Origin: a virus
Length of the DNA: 45,764 bases
IMG/VR virus record: IMGVR_UViG_3300006052_000013
Strand: one strand, 5' to 3'
The translations under genes and the position numbers were made by a program. The notes beneath the pieces are model-generated. The model was not told the DNA's origin. It did no database searches and saw nothing but the letters and a program-made list of their open reading frames with translations. Positions 27,011 through 33,843 of the stretch are shown piece by piece. Each line of letters begins with the position of its first letter. Position 1 is the stretch's first letter.

Positions 27011-27097
27011 TTTGCTGTATGACACGGGAACAACCCCGTGTCTGTTCGGAGAGGAACAACAGCAAAATCATAGTACACCGATTACGGTCTGGTGTAC
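27011..27097 (-). ncRNA. candidate structured small RNA or 3' trailer with an anti-SD loop
   Basis: No ORF with an SD. Hairpin GUACACC..GGUGUAC, then a 3-way junction UUGCUGU/ACAGCAA enclosing UGUUC-CUCUCC-GAACA and GACACGGG..CCCGUGUC. Bounded by JH copy 1 and the terminator. Confidence 0.3.
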
Positions 27098-27126
27098 ATT
27101 ACCACGGGTTTACCCGTGGCCCTCTG
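27098..27126 (-). repeat. junction hairpin (JH) motif copy 1
   Basis: RNA sense CAGAGGGCCACGGGUAAACCCGUGGUAAU; abuts the UAA of 27127..27636. Confidence 0.8.
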
Positions 27127-27636
27127 TTATTCTCCGGTTTGTTCAAAGTGCCGGATACGTTCTTTGGTAATATTGACATACTCGGTAGTCCCCGGGGTGG
27201 CATCCCGAAGTCTTCTTTCAAAAGTTTCTGGCCAGTGACCTCGGCCGTAGTTGCGATAACCCCTTAAAAGAAACAAGCGTGCCGCGGCACTCTTATCTAT
27301 GCCAAGCCATTCCGCGGCGCGGTCGGGGGTATCCGTGTGAAAGATAAAATAAGATACGTCTGTTTCTTCATCTTTAATCGGTTTAACCTGTCCCGTCATT
27401 ACCAGAATATTTCCCGCCAGGCATCCCACCGTATTACAGGGGGGAACATCATCGGCCGTCGGCGAAAATTCTGATAATATTTGAGACACTCTTTTTTTCA
27501 AAACATCGCCTTCTTTGGCCGTTACTCCCCACAAACCCATGTTGAACCGAAGTGGTTCTTTCTCGATGTACTCAATTAACTGCTCGAGTTTCGCCACGGT
27601 TTCCGGGGATGGCTTTTCGTATTGTTGGTTTTCCAA
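27127..27636 (-). CDS. hypothetical protein
   Basis: TTG start after AAGGAGAGGAA; JH copy 2 lies upstream. Confidence 0.55.
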   Translation of the reverse strand: MENQQYEKPSPETVAKLEQLIEYIEKEPLRFNMGLWGVTAKEGDVLKKRVSQILSEFSPTADDVPPCNTVGCLAGNILVMTGQVKPIKDEETDVSYFIFHTDTPDRAAEWLGIDKSAAARLFLLRGYRNYGRGHWPETFERRLRDATPGTTEYVNITKERIRHFEQTGE

Positions 27637-27665
27637 ATTCCTCTCCTTGATAACGGAAGATATCC

Positions 27666-27694
27666 GTTACACCGGGTTTCCCCGGTGCCCTCTG
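27666..27694 (-). repeat. JH motif copy 2
   Basis: CAGAGGGCACCGGGGAAACCCGGUGUAAC; 2 nt after the UAA of 27697..28209. Confidence 0.75.
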
Positions 27695-27696
27695 GT

Positions 27697-28209
27697 TTAT
27701 GCCGCCTTCTTTTTGTTGGCATTCCGGACTTTGACGCGACGTTGCATCTCGGCCGAACGTTCTTCCGGAGACATTTTGTCCCAGTAACTTTTCGCCCCGA
27801 TGGCAACTTTTGATTTTCTTTTGGTTTTCGCCCATCGCAATCGCTGGGCCTGGGCAATCCGGTTCCGTGCCGACTTGGACAGACGACGTTTCAATGGTTT
27901 GTCATCATGTGAACGAACATGAATCGTCGTCGTGCCAGGGGCGATTTCATTCCCTTGGTCGGTTGCTCCCCGCATCTGGGGCAAATGTTGGGTACCGTCC
28001 AATAACTCCCCGCGCGTCTCGGCGAGAAGAAGCGTTCCCACCCAATGGGCAGCGTCGGGCGGAGTGATCGCTCCGCCTGTCTCTGCTCCGAGGGCGTTAA
28101 GCTGCGCTTTGATATCCCGGTAAAGGTAACCGAGCCGGAATGCCGCAGTTTGGAAAATGGAATGACTTTCCTTAGTGCTCCCATACTGTTTTCCTCTCCT
28201 TGGTTTCAT
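27697..28209 (-). CDS. hypothetical basic protein
   Basis: ATG after GAGGAUAAAAAC; C-terminus RLRWAKTKRKSK...NANKKKAA. Confidence 0.55.
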   Translation of the reverse strand: MKPRRGKQYGSTKESHSIFQTAAFRLGYLYRDIKAQLNALGAETGGAITPPDAAHWVGTLLLAETRGELLDGTQHLPQMRGATDQGNEIAPGTTTIHVRSHDDKPLKRRLSKSARNRIAQAQRLRWAKTKRKSKVAIGAKSYWDKMSPEERSAEMQRRVKVRNANKKKAA

Positions 28210-28238
28210 GTTTTTATCCTCATAACGGACAGTAGTCC

Positions 28239-28268
28239 GTTACCGTGGGTTTACCCCACGGCCCTCTG
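28239..28268 (-). repeat. JH motif copy 3
   Basis: CAGAGGGCCGUGGGGUAAACCCACGGUAAC; abuts a UAA. Confidence 0.8.
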
Positions 28269-28676
28269 TTACGCGAGTTCATTCATTGCACTAGCTTGTT
28301 CAAAATCCGACAACGTTCCCTCGAATGTTGCTCCGCAACTGCACGAAACTTTGTAGTCTAGAGAAAAACCATAGAACATTTTCGTTCCTCTTCCCTTGCC
28401 CTCGCTTTTTGTGGCCGGTTCTAAATCTGAACCATTACCATTGACGGAGAGGTCGTGTTCATCGCCCTCGTGGTCTTCGGGTACATACCCAGGAATATCC
28501 TGAGTTGCGCTGATATTTGCATCTTTCAATTCTTCGCCGCATTCGCCGCATTTCAATATTACTCGAACATCGGCCCGGACCTCGGCCGCGATGAGGTCCA
28601 CTTCCAAATCACCTTCTAACTCAACTTCATGGGGGTCTTCATAGGGAACAAACTTATTGCAACTTGGACAACGCAT
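28269..28676 (-). CDS. Zn-ribbon protein
   Basis: Start reset to the ATG after AGGAGAGGAAA (the track ORF reads through the UTR as MLPYQERK). CPSC...CGEC. Confidence 0.55.
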   Translation of the reverse strand: MRCPSCNKFVPYEDPHEVELEGDLEVDLIAAEVRADVRVILKCGECGEELKDANISATQDIPGYVPEDHEGDEHDLSVNGNGSDLEPATKSEGKGRGTKMFYGFSLDYKVSCSCGATFEGTLSDFEQASAMNELA

Positions 28677-28741
28677 TTTCCTCTCCTGATATGGCAACAA
28701 ATAAGCCGTTGGCTTATTTGTTGAGGTTTCCCCTCATTGCC
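28677..28741 (-). promoter_or_regulatory. Y-shaped 5'-UTR element copy A
   Basis: AUGGCAA-U-GAGGGGAAACCUC-A-ACAAAUAAGCCAACGGCUUAUUUGU-UGCCAU-AUC-AGGAGAGG. Confidence 0.6.
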
Positions 28742-28768
28742 ATTACCGGCCCGTGGGCCGGCCCTCTG
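28742..28768 (-). repeat. JH motif copy 4
   Basis: CAGAGGGCCGGCCCACGGGCCGGUAAU; abuts a UAA. Confidence 0.8.
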
Positions 28769-28987
28769 TTACTGAATACCCCGCGCCGGTGGTACGTGGT
28801 GTGCGTCCGGACGCAATACCCCCGGCGGAACTTCCATATCGGGCGGCGGCGCACATCGGTTCTGAGATAGAAGCGCCTGTTGCATAATCTCCCAGGCCTT
28901 TTCCTGTCGCCGGGCCAAAGAGAATACATACCATAGGTACAATACTCCCAGTAAAATTAACGCCAAACTTGCCAAACCTTCATTCAT
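28769..28987 (-). CDS. small single-pass membrane protein
   Basis: Start reset to MNEGLASLALILLGVLYLWYVF after GGUAAGGAGGGAACAACA. Confidence 0.5.
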   Translation of the reverse strand: MNEGLASLALILLGVLYLWYVFSLARRQEKAWEIMQQALLSQNRCAPPPDMEVPPGVLRPDAHHVPPARGIQ

Positions 28988-28999
28988 TGTTGTTCCCTC

Positions 29000-29029
29000 C
29001 TTACCACGGGTATTACCCCGCGGCCCTCG
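29000..29029 (-). repeat. JH motif copy 5
   Basis: CGAGGGCCGCGGGGUAAUACCCGUGGUAAG; has a G-U pair; the sigma ORF stop UAA lies in the loop. Confidence 0.8.
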
Positions 29030-30362
29030 GTTGTTCTTCGGTGACCGGCGCCATCCAGTGCAGTTTTCCATCCGATTCCAGGATTAATTCTTTATCTTGG
29101 CATCGACGGATGATCGAATAGGCCTGACCATTTGTGGTACCCGCGGTCATCATCTTCTGAACTAATTCGTTCTTAGGAAGAGGCCCATCGGCGAGTATCT
29201 GTTTTAAGACCGGTTCCCAATATCCTCGTGGTGAACGAGTCTGCGGGGCATTTCCATTGACCTCATCATGGGCCGTCGCATTAATCGACTTCTTTCCCGT
29301 GATAATATCGTGGGCACTTGTCAGTTGTTCAATCACCGCGGTCCACTTACGGGCCTCGGCCTCGGATTCCGCGGCCTGCCGGGTATAAAACTGTACCTTG
29401 CGATGGGCATCAGATATCAAAGACTCGATGGTCGGTGGTGATCCACTTGGTATTTGTTCCATTGTTTTCTCTCCTTGTTGTTTTAGTTGAAAGAGATAGT
29501 TTTGATGAACAATCTCTTCCTGGGTATACTGCCGAACCGGCCCCGGTGCTGTGACCGTCCGGGGGGGACGGAGATTCACGGGGGTTTTTGCCAGAAGTCC
29601 GTGCGACGTAAATATTTGATTCGGGGCACGAGGGTCGCGTCCGCTCAGATGGTAATAACTACCCAGTTCCGTTTCATTGAATCTGGACGCCCCCGCATTC
29701 CGTGAACTTCGTATTTGCGTCGGTGGTGGACTCCCGATGTGTTCCCGGGCGGCCGCGGCGACCAGTTTTTCGCGCCGCAACCTTCGTTTTTTCTTGCTCA
29801 TTGATTTGCTCATTGATTTGCTCTCCCACAACACTCGAAGATCACTCAAACCGTGTGATTGATAGGCCTTTACGGCCCCGACGGACAAATTTAAAATTCC
29901 GGCGGTTTCTTCCAAAGTTTTTTCTTCCAGAAATCTAAGAAACAACACGCGGCGCCGGCTCCTATTCAAATACGGTAACAAGCGCAAAAAATGCTCACGT
30001 GTGATCCAGGAATCTATGGTTTTATCCGGAGTATCCGGCAAATCCAGGGTGTTTCCATCTTCATTGATGGGATTATCCAAGGATACTTCTGAAAGATTGT
30101 TCTTTCTTCGTAGGTACATCAAAAATTCCCGGTGCGCAATTTGATGCAACCAGGAACTTAATTTGGCCTCACCTCGAAAATCGCCGATGGCCAGAAAGGC
30201 CTTCGTAAAGGTCACCTGGGCCAGTTCTTCCACGGCGTCTTCATTCAGTTGCCAATATTTGCGCAAAGTTTTTTTTACCCGCGATAACTGGTCACGATAT
30301 ATTTGGGAGAACGCGTCTTGATCGCCGGATTTTGCACGATCTAATAATTCTTTTTCTTCCAC
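29013..30362 (-). CDS. ECF-like sigma-70 family factor with a ~270-aa C-terminal extension
   Basis: Region 2: DAFSQIYRD...SWLHQIAHREFLMYLRRK. Region 4: RRRVLFLRFLEEKTLEETAGILNLSVGAVKAYQSHGL. GTG start after AAAGGAGAACGUAA. Confidence 0.8.
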   Translation of the reverse strand: MEEKELLDRAKSGDQDAFSQIYRDQLSRVKKTLRKYWQLNEDAVEELAQVTFTKAFLAIGDFRGEAKLSSWLHQIAHREFLMYLRRKNNLSEVSLDNPINEDGNTLDLPDTPDKTIDSWITREHFLRLLPYLNRSRRRVLFLRFLEEKTLEETAGILNLSVGAVKAYQSHGLSDLRVLWESKSMSKSMSKKKRRLRREKLVAAAAREHIGSPPPTQIRSSRNAGASRFNETELGSYYHLSGRDPRAPNQIFTSHGLLAKTPVNLRPPRTVTAPGPVRQYTQEEIVHQNYLFQLKQQGEKTMEQIPSGSPPTIESLISDAHRKVQFYTRQAAESEAEARKWTAVIEQLTSAHDIITGKKSINATAHDEVNGNAPQTRSPRGYWEPVLKQILADGPLPKNELVQKMMTAGTTNGQAYSIIRRCQDKELILESDGKLHWMAPVTEEQPRAAG

Positions 30363-30384
30363 TTACGTTCTCCTTTGATATTTA

Positions 30385-30415
30385 CTTACCGGGGAAATAT
30401 ATCCCCCGGCCCTCG
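30385..30415 (-). repeat. JH motif copy 6
   Basis: CGAGGGCCGGGGGAUAUAUUUCCCCGGUAAG. Confidence 0.8.
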
Positions 30416-30430
30416 TTTTTACCACTACTT

Positions 30431-30601
30431 TTACACTTTCAAAACGGGATTTTCGTCCATCACCGCACGCTCGGCCAGAAACCCCGCCGCGGTGGCGGTG
30501 ATTTCTATCTCGCGGTGCCGATCCCGCACGGTGATTGTGCGGCCATTTAATAATTCTCGCAATTCTTTTTCTCCGAGTTCTACTTTAATTGGCTCTTTCA
30601 T
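30431..30601 (-). CDS. small hypothetical protein (56 aa)
   Basis: Start reset to MKEPIKV after AGGAGAGGAAC. Confidence 0.5.
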   Translation of the reverse strand: MKEPIKVELGEKELRELLNGRTITVRDRHREIEITATAAGFLAERAVMDENPVLKV

Positions 30602-30665
30602 GTTCCTCTCCTGGTATGGCAAACATTGCGGCGAAGCCGCATGTTTGAGGTTTCCCCTCATTGCC
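30602..30665 (-). promoter_or_regulatory. Y-shaped 5'-UTR element copy B
   Basis: AUGGCAA-U-GAGGGGAAACCUC-A-AACAUGCGGCUUCGCCGCAAUGUU-UGCCAU-ACC-AGGAGAGGAAC-AUG. Confidence 0.6.
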
Positions 30666-30694
30666 ATTACCGTGGATTTACCCACGGCCCTCTG
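30666..30694 (-). repeat. JH motif copy 7
   Basis: CAGAGGGCCGUGGGUAAAUCCACGGUAAU. Confidence 0.8.
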
Positions 30695-30714
30695 AGTTAC
30701 TAGGAATGGGCTTA

Positions 30715-30906
30715 TTAGGCAAACTGATAATCACTTTTTTTTGCTCGAAAGCCCTTTTTCTTGAGAAGACTGGCATCCCACCCCGTGATATCCTTCACGT
30801 CCTTTACGGCATACTCCCAGGCCTCGCTGGCAGATGTTCCGGGGCGATGATACAAAACTACCCCTTCTCGATCTACCAACATCCAAACCCGATCTAATTC
30901 TGGCAT
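30715..30906 (-). CDS. small hypothetical protein (63 aa)
   Basis: Start reset to MPELDRVW after AGGAGGGAAAGC. Confidence 0.5.
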   Translation of the reverse strand: MPELDRVWMLVDREGVVLYHRPGTSASEAWEYAVKDVKDITGWDASLLKKKGFRAKKSDYQFA

Positions 30907-30922
30907 GCTTTCCCTCCTGTTC

Positions 30923-30953
30923 ATTAACGCGGCAGGTTCGCCGCGTCCCTCTG
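30923..30953 (-). repeat. JH motif copy 8 (variant)
   Basis: CAGAGGGACGCGGCGAACCUGCCGCGUUAAU; abuts a UAA. Confidence 0.7.
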
Positions 30954-32057
30954 TTATTGTTTGACCAAATAACTTGTATCAACATCTACGTCTTCCCCGT
31001 TTCTCGACAACCGAGTTTGGTGCGAAATCAAGGAAAGATTTTCTTGAAAACTTGCAAGTTTGGGAACCGCCGTCCGTCCGATCATTGCAATGTAACCCCG
31101 ACCCCGCCAGGGTGGCATGTGATTTCTGGACAAACGTTCGACGATGGTTCGATAGTACAACATGCGATTGGTAAAGGACTCCGGGGCACCGGGTACGGGC
31201 GGCGTAAAGCTGATCTGAATATAATCAGTCCAACTTTTATCTGCGCCCGAGGCCCGCAGTTTGTACCGGGCCAGGGCGCCCGCGAAGTACCGCGCCAACT
31301 TGACATTGGCCGCGAACTCCGTAATGCCCGGTTCCCAGGCCCGATACCGTCGACGGTAATACTCCCGTTGCTCCGTGGGAATTTCCCCAGACCAACCCAA
31401 GTCCTGCAATTTTGCCCAAGACTTGGATTTATTCCGGTCATAACCCGGTTGGTCACTATCCACCAGATACTCGTACATGGCATCTTGTATCTGGTCGGCC
31501 AGGGCAAAGTAGGCCTCATAGGTAGTCAGATGTTTTTCCCGGACCGGATTCACAAAATGAAGATTTAGAATCCGAACCAAGGCCGACAAACCCTGTGAGT
31601 ACTCTTCCACCATTTCTGCTCCGACTGGGCCATCTTCTTGGTAGAGATACTCCGCGTTGATATCTTCAACACGAAGATTAAACTGGATAGATGGTGTGAA
31701 GACTTCCCGAACCTGCCGGTAAAGGCAGGCGAGTTGTTTCAGTGCCATGACCTCGGCCACATCCAGAATGGCCCCCGTCTTGGCCTTTCGGCCGCCCCAG
31801 GGAACCAGCACCGGAATTGCCTTACCCAGTTCGAGACTCTGCCGGATGACCGCCCGAATTGTCACCAGTGCCTCGGGTTTCGGGATCGGACCATAACGAT
31901 TCTGGTTCGTTCCCAAGAGAATACCGGTGATAATCTCGAGCAATGATTGTTTTGGAGGAGCCGCGGCGACGGGAAACTCCCGCCACAGAAACTCATCAAT
32001 CAAAGACGAGTAGGGATCGTCCACGGGTGATGTAACTTGGTACGTTGCTGTACTCAT
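30954..32057 (-). CDS. hypothetical protein (367 aa)
   Basis: Start reset to MSTATYQ after AGGAGAGGAAC; no family assigned with confidence. Confidence 0.6.
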   Translation of the reverse strand: MSTATYQVTSPVDDPYSSLIDEFLWREFPVAAAPPKQSLLEIITGILLGTNQNRYGPIPKPEALVTIRAVIRQSLELGKAIPVLVPWGGRKAKTGAILDVAEVMALKQLACLYRQVREVFTPSIQFNLRVEDINAEYLYQEDGPVGAEMVEEYSQGLSALVRILNLHFVNPVREKHLTTYEAYFALADQIQDAMYEYLVDSDQPGYDRNKSKSWAKLQDLGWSGEIPTEQREYYRRRYRAWEPGITEFAANVKLARYFAGALARYKLRASGADKSWTDYIQISFTPPVPGAPESFTNRMLYYRTIVERLSRNHMPPWRGRGYIAMIGRTAVPKLASFQENLSLISHQTRLSRNGEDVDVDTSYLVKQ

Positions 32058-32127
32058 GTTCCTCTCCTGGTATGGCAAACCAAGAGACGAAGTCTCTTGG
32101 TTCTGAGGTTTCCCCTCATTAACCATA
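32058..32127 (-). promoter_or_regulatory. Y-shaped 5'-UTR element copy C
   Basis: GUAUGGUUA-AUGAGGGGAAACCUCA-GAACCAAGAGACUUCGUCUCUUGGUU-UGCCAUAC-C-AGGAGAGGAAC-AUG. Confidence 0.6.
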
Positions 32128-32153
32128 CTTACCGTGGTTTCCCACGGCCCTCG
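32128..32153 (-). repeat. JH motif copy 9
   Basis: CGAGGGCCGUGGGAAACCACGGUAAG. Confidence 0.8.
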
Positions 32154-32156
32154 TCA

Positions 32157-32220
32157 TATCTCTAAATCTTGGAATGGCATTACATGAATATCTCTAAATC
32201 TTGGAATGGCATTACATGAA
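32157..32220. repeat. 32-bp tandem duplication (2 copies) at a gene 3' end / JH junction
   Basis: tatctctaaatcttggaatggcattacatgaa occurs twice and shifts the stop codon of 32180..32419. Confidence 0.85.
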
Positions 32221-32419
32221 TACCTCCCTGGAAGTGACCCATGAACACGATGGAATGATGAAACGGGTACTTAACCTTTAACAAATTTCTGTACCGTTCA
32301 ATTTTTGTTCCGATGGTCATTCCACTTTCAGAGGCGTCGTCCGGTCCTACTTCGACGATTGCCAGATTGTTCATGTAATCTTCATTGGAATGGTGGTTGA
32401 TAACGTAGATTAGTTTCAT
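32180..32419 (-). CDS. small hypothetical protein (79 aa)
   Basis: Start reset to MKLIYVINHH after AGGAGAGGAAC; C-terminus altered by the 32-bp duplication. Confidence 0.5.
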   Translation of the reverse strand: MKLIYVINHHSNEDYMNNLAIVEVGPDDASESGMTIGTKIERYRNLLKVKYPFHHSIVFMGHFQGGIHVMPFQDLEIFM

Positions 32420-32486
32420 GTTCCTCTCCTGGTACAGCAACAAGAGACGGTTTAAGTTTCTTGTTTGGGATTTTTTCCCGGCTGTA
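32420..32486 (-). promoter_or_regulatory. Y-shaped 5'-UTR element copy D
   Basis: GUACAGC-C-GGGAAAAAAUCCC-A-AACAAGAAACUUAAACCGUCUCUUGUU-GCUGUAC-C-AGGAGAGGAAC-AUG. Confidence 0.6.
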
Positions 32487-32514
32487 CTTACCGCGGGTTT
32501 CCCCGCGGCCCTCG
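32487..32514 (-). repeat. JH motif copy 10
   Basis: CGAGGGCCGCGGGGAAACCCGCGGUAAG. Confidence 0.8.
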
Positions 32515-32550
32515 TATCACTGCGAGAATCGCAGAGATATGTTTTTATTT

Positions 32551-32709
32551 TTACTGCGCCGCCACGGCGCTCGCCGCACTTGAAAAAACGTTATTGGAAT
32601 TGCTTCCAATCAGGCGAACCGTACCGACGACGATTACCAGAATTACCGCCAGCATCACGGCGTATTCTGCGATATCTTGCCCTTCTTCGGACTTCCACAG
32701 TGTTTTCAT
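32551..32709 (-). CDS. Flp/Fap-family (type IVb, Tad) pilin-like peptide
   Basis: MKTLWKSEEGQDIAEYAVMLAVILVIVVGTVRLIGSN...; G-x4-EY processing-type motif plus a hydrophobic helix. Start reset after AAAGGAGAAAACA. Confidence 0.6.
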   Translation of the reverse strand: MKTLWKSEEGQDIAEYAVMLAVILVIVVGTVRLIGSNSNNVFSSAASAVAAQ

Positions 32710-32720
32710 TGTTTTCTCCT

Positions 32721-32828
32721 TTAGTGAACTTGCCGATACAACAACCACAACAAAAAAAACCACGCGGTTGCGGAGATATCAAACCAGGTAAACCCCATGA
32801 AGACGGGGTGCAAGTTAAATGGCCACAT
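32721..32828 (-). CDS. small hydrophobic peptide (35 aa)
   Basis: MWPFNLHPVFMGFTWFDISATAWFFLLWLLYRQVH; ATG after GAAAGGAGGACGCGCGAU; below the track cutoff. Confidence 0.35.
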   Translation of the reverse strand: MWPFNLHPVFMGFTWFDISATAWFFLLWLLYRQVH

Positions 32829-32865
32829 ATCGCGCGTCCTCCTTTCAAGTCAATGGGGAGATTGA

Positions 32866-32891
32866 CTTACCGTGGTTTCCCACGGCCCTCG
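32866..32891 (-). repeat. JH motif copy 11
   Basis: CGAGGGCCGUGGGAAACCACGGUAAG; abuts a UAA. Confidence 0.8.
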
Positions 32892-33014
32892 TTAACGAAC
32901 CACGCTATAAACCAGATTAACATTGTCGCCGATTAGGTGGCGACTGCCGATGATAATGATTACGACGACCGCCAGTACTACTACGTACTCTCCGAGTTGT
33001 TTAAGTTTGTTCAT
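32892..33014 (-). CDS. Flp-pilin-like small peptide (40 aa)
   Basis: MNKLKQLGEYVVVLAVVVIIIIGSRHLIGDNVNLVYSVVR; ATG after CCGGAGGAAACA; below the track cutoff. Confidence 0.4.
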   Translation of the reverse strand: MNKLKQLGEYVVVLAVVVIIIIGSRHLIGDNVNLVYSVVR

Positions 33015-33028
33015 TGTTTCCTCCGGTA

Positions 33029-33056
33029 CTTACCGGCCCAGATGGGCCGGCCCTCG
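33029..33056 (-). repeat. JH motif copy 12
   Basis: CGAGGGCCGGCCCAUCUGGGCCGGUAAG; abuts a UGA. Confidence 0.8.
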
Positions 33057-33272
33057 TCACGCAGTAATAGGTTCCAGGGTAACCTTGAAACCCTTGAGGT
33101 CCCCGAGTTCAGAGATACCCAGTTCTTTCATCGCCTCCAGACGGTTGACGTAGATGTTGGTGAGTACGCCGGACTGATCCTTGGGAAGGCTGTATTTGAC
33201 TGCTCCCTTCTTGGGATCAACCACGCGCAGCTCTACGGTTACCGTCTTGGCCTTTGGTTTTTCGGGTGCCAT
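33057..33272 (-). CDS. small hypothetical protein (71 aa)
   Basis: Start reset to MAPEKPKAK after GUGGAGAGGAAAAAU. Confidence 0.5.
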   Translation of the reverse strand: MAPEKPKAKTVTVELRVVDPKKGAVKYSLPKDQSGVLTNIYVNRLEAMKELGISELGDLKGFKVTLEPITA

Positions 33273-33326
33273 ATTTTTCCTCTCCACTTTTAAGGTCACC
33301 GCCGGATTCGTGCCCCCGGCTTGTGC

Positions 33327-33354
33327 CTTACCGTGGGTTTCCCCACGGCCCTCG
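33327..33354 (-). repeat. JH motif copy 13
   Basis: CGAGGGCCGUGGGGAAACCCACGGUAAG. Confidence 0.8.
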
Positions 33355-33391
33355 TATCACTGCGATAATCGCAGAGATATGTTTTGAGTTT

Positions 33392-33604
33392 CTATTCACC
33401 ACCGTTGAAAGCACCGTCGGCGAGTAAATCGCAGGCGATGTCCATCGACTTGACGACGACCGCGGTCAGTGTTAATGCCTCGTGTCGCAAAAGAAAAGCG
33501 GCCACGATCAAAATCACTAACACGATCAGTTTAAACCACATACTGTGGTAAACCCGCCAAAATCTATTCTTGGCCCGGAGACGGCTTTGTCGTCTTCGGT
33601 TCAT
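33392..33604 (-). CDS. small membrane protein (70 aa)
   Basis: MNRRRQSRL...WFKLIVLVILIVAAFLL; the ATG lies 4 nt after the upstream stop (coupled). Confidence 0.4.
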   Translation of the reverse strand: MNRRRQSRLRAKNRFWRVYHSMWFKLIVLVILIVAAFLLRHEALTLTAVVVKSMDIACDLLADGAFNGGE

Positions 33605-33608
33605 TGAT

Positions 33609-33749
33609 TTATACTCGTGCGCCGCCGGCGATGGCAACTGATGCCACCCCACCCAGAAACGCAAGTTCAATCAGCAACCGATACACGTCATGAGAAACAT
33701 ACCACATGATCGCGTCTTGCAGACGTTTGACCACTTTGTCTCGGGACAT
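33609..33749 (-). CDS. small membrane peptide (46 aa)
   Basis: MSRDKVVKRLQDAIMWYVSHDVYRLLIELAFLGGVASVAIAGGARV; ATG after UAGGAGAGGAACAAU; below the track cutoff. Confidence 0.4.
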   Translation of the reverse strand: MSRDKVVKRLQDAIMWYVSHDVYRLLIELAFLGGVASVAIAGGARV

Positions 33750-33803
33750 ATTGTTCCTCTCCTAATAAGGCTCACTCCGGTTTTCGTGCCCCCGGATGGT
33801 GGC

Positions 33804-33833
33804 CTTACGGGTCACCGGAGTGACCCGCCTTCG
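33804..33833 (-). repeat. JH motif copy 14 (variant, GAAGGC flank)
   Basis: CGAAGGCGGGUCACUCCGGUGACCCGUAAG. Confidence 0.65.
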
Positions 33834-33843
33834 GGGAAACAAC

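Noticed and set aside
27891-28184. Alternative 97-aa ORF with a strong SD (AAGGAGAGGAAAACAGU-AUG) inside 27697..28209
   Set aside because: The SD-like run is coding sequence (KPRRGK) of the longer frame. The longer product looks more protein-like (..SYWDKMSPEERSAEMQRR..), whereas the 97-aa frame is Arg/Ser/Pro-rich. Dual coding cannot be excluded.
28677-28700. N-terminal extensions ..LPYQER(N/K)M.. in track ORFs 28269..28700, 30431..30685, 30954..32126, 32180..32443, 34579..34899, 42679..42966 and 43704..44042
   Set aside because: The shared peptide is a read-through of the conserved Y-element 3' strand plus SD (UGCCAUACCAGGAGAGGAAC-AUG). The real starts are the ATGs that follow the SD.
28677-28741. 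The Y-shaped elements as hammerhead or other known self-cleaving ribozymes, or as a purine-type riboswitch
   Set aside because: A three-way junction is present but the hammerhead core (CUGANGA, GAAA, UH) is absent. P2 is only 4 bp, which differs from purine riboswitches. I cannot match them to twister, pistol or hatchet from memory. A proper cmscan is needed.
29796-29823. 12-bp tandem duplication (gctcattgattt, about 2.3 copies) in the sigma gene
   Set aside because: It is in frame (SKSMSKSMSK) and fits simple slippage in a linker. It is noted under the sigma finding but is not interesting on its own.
30954-32057. Possible DIT1/PvcA-like (isonitrile synthase) identity of the 367-aa protein, paired with the flavoprotein at 37429..38991
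   Set aside because: This was only a vague pattern resemblance from memory. I could verify no diagnostic motif, so it stays hypothetical pending HHpred.
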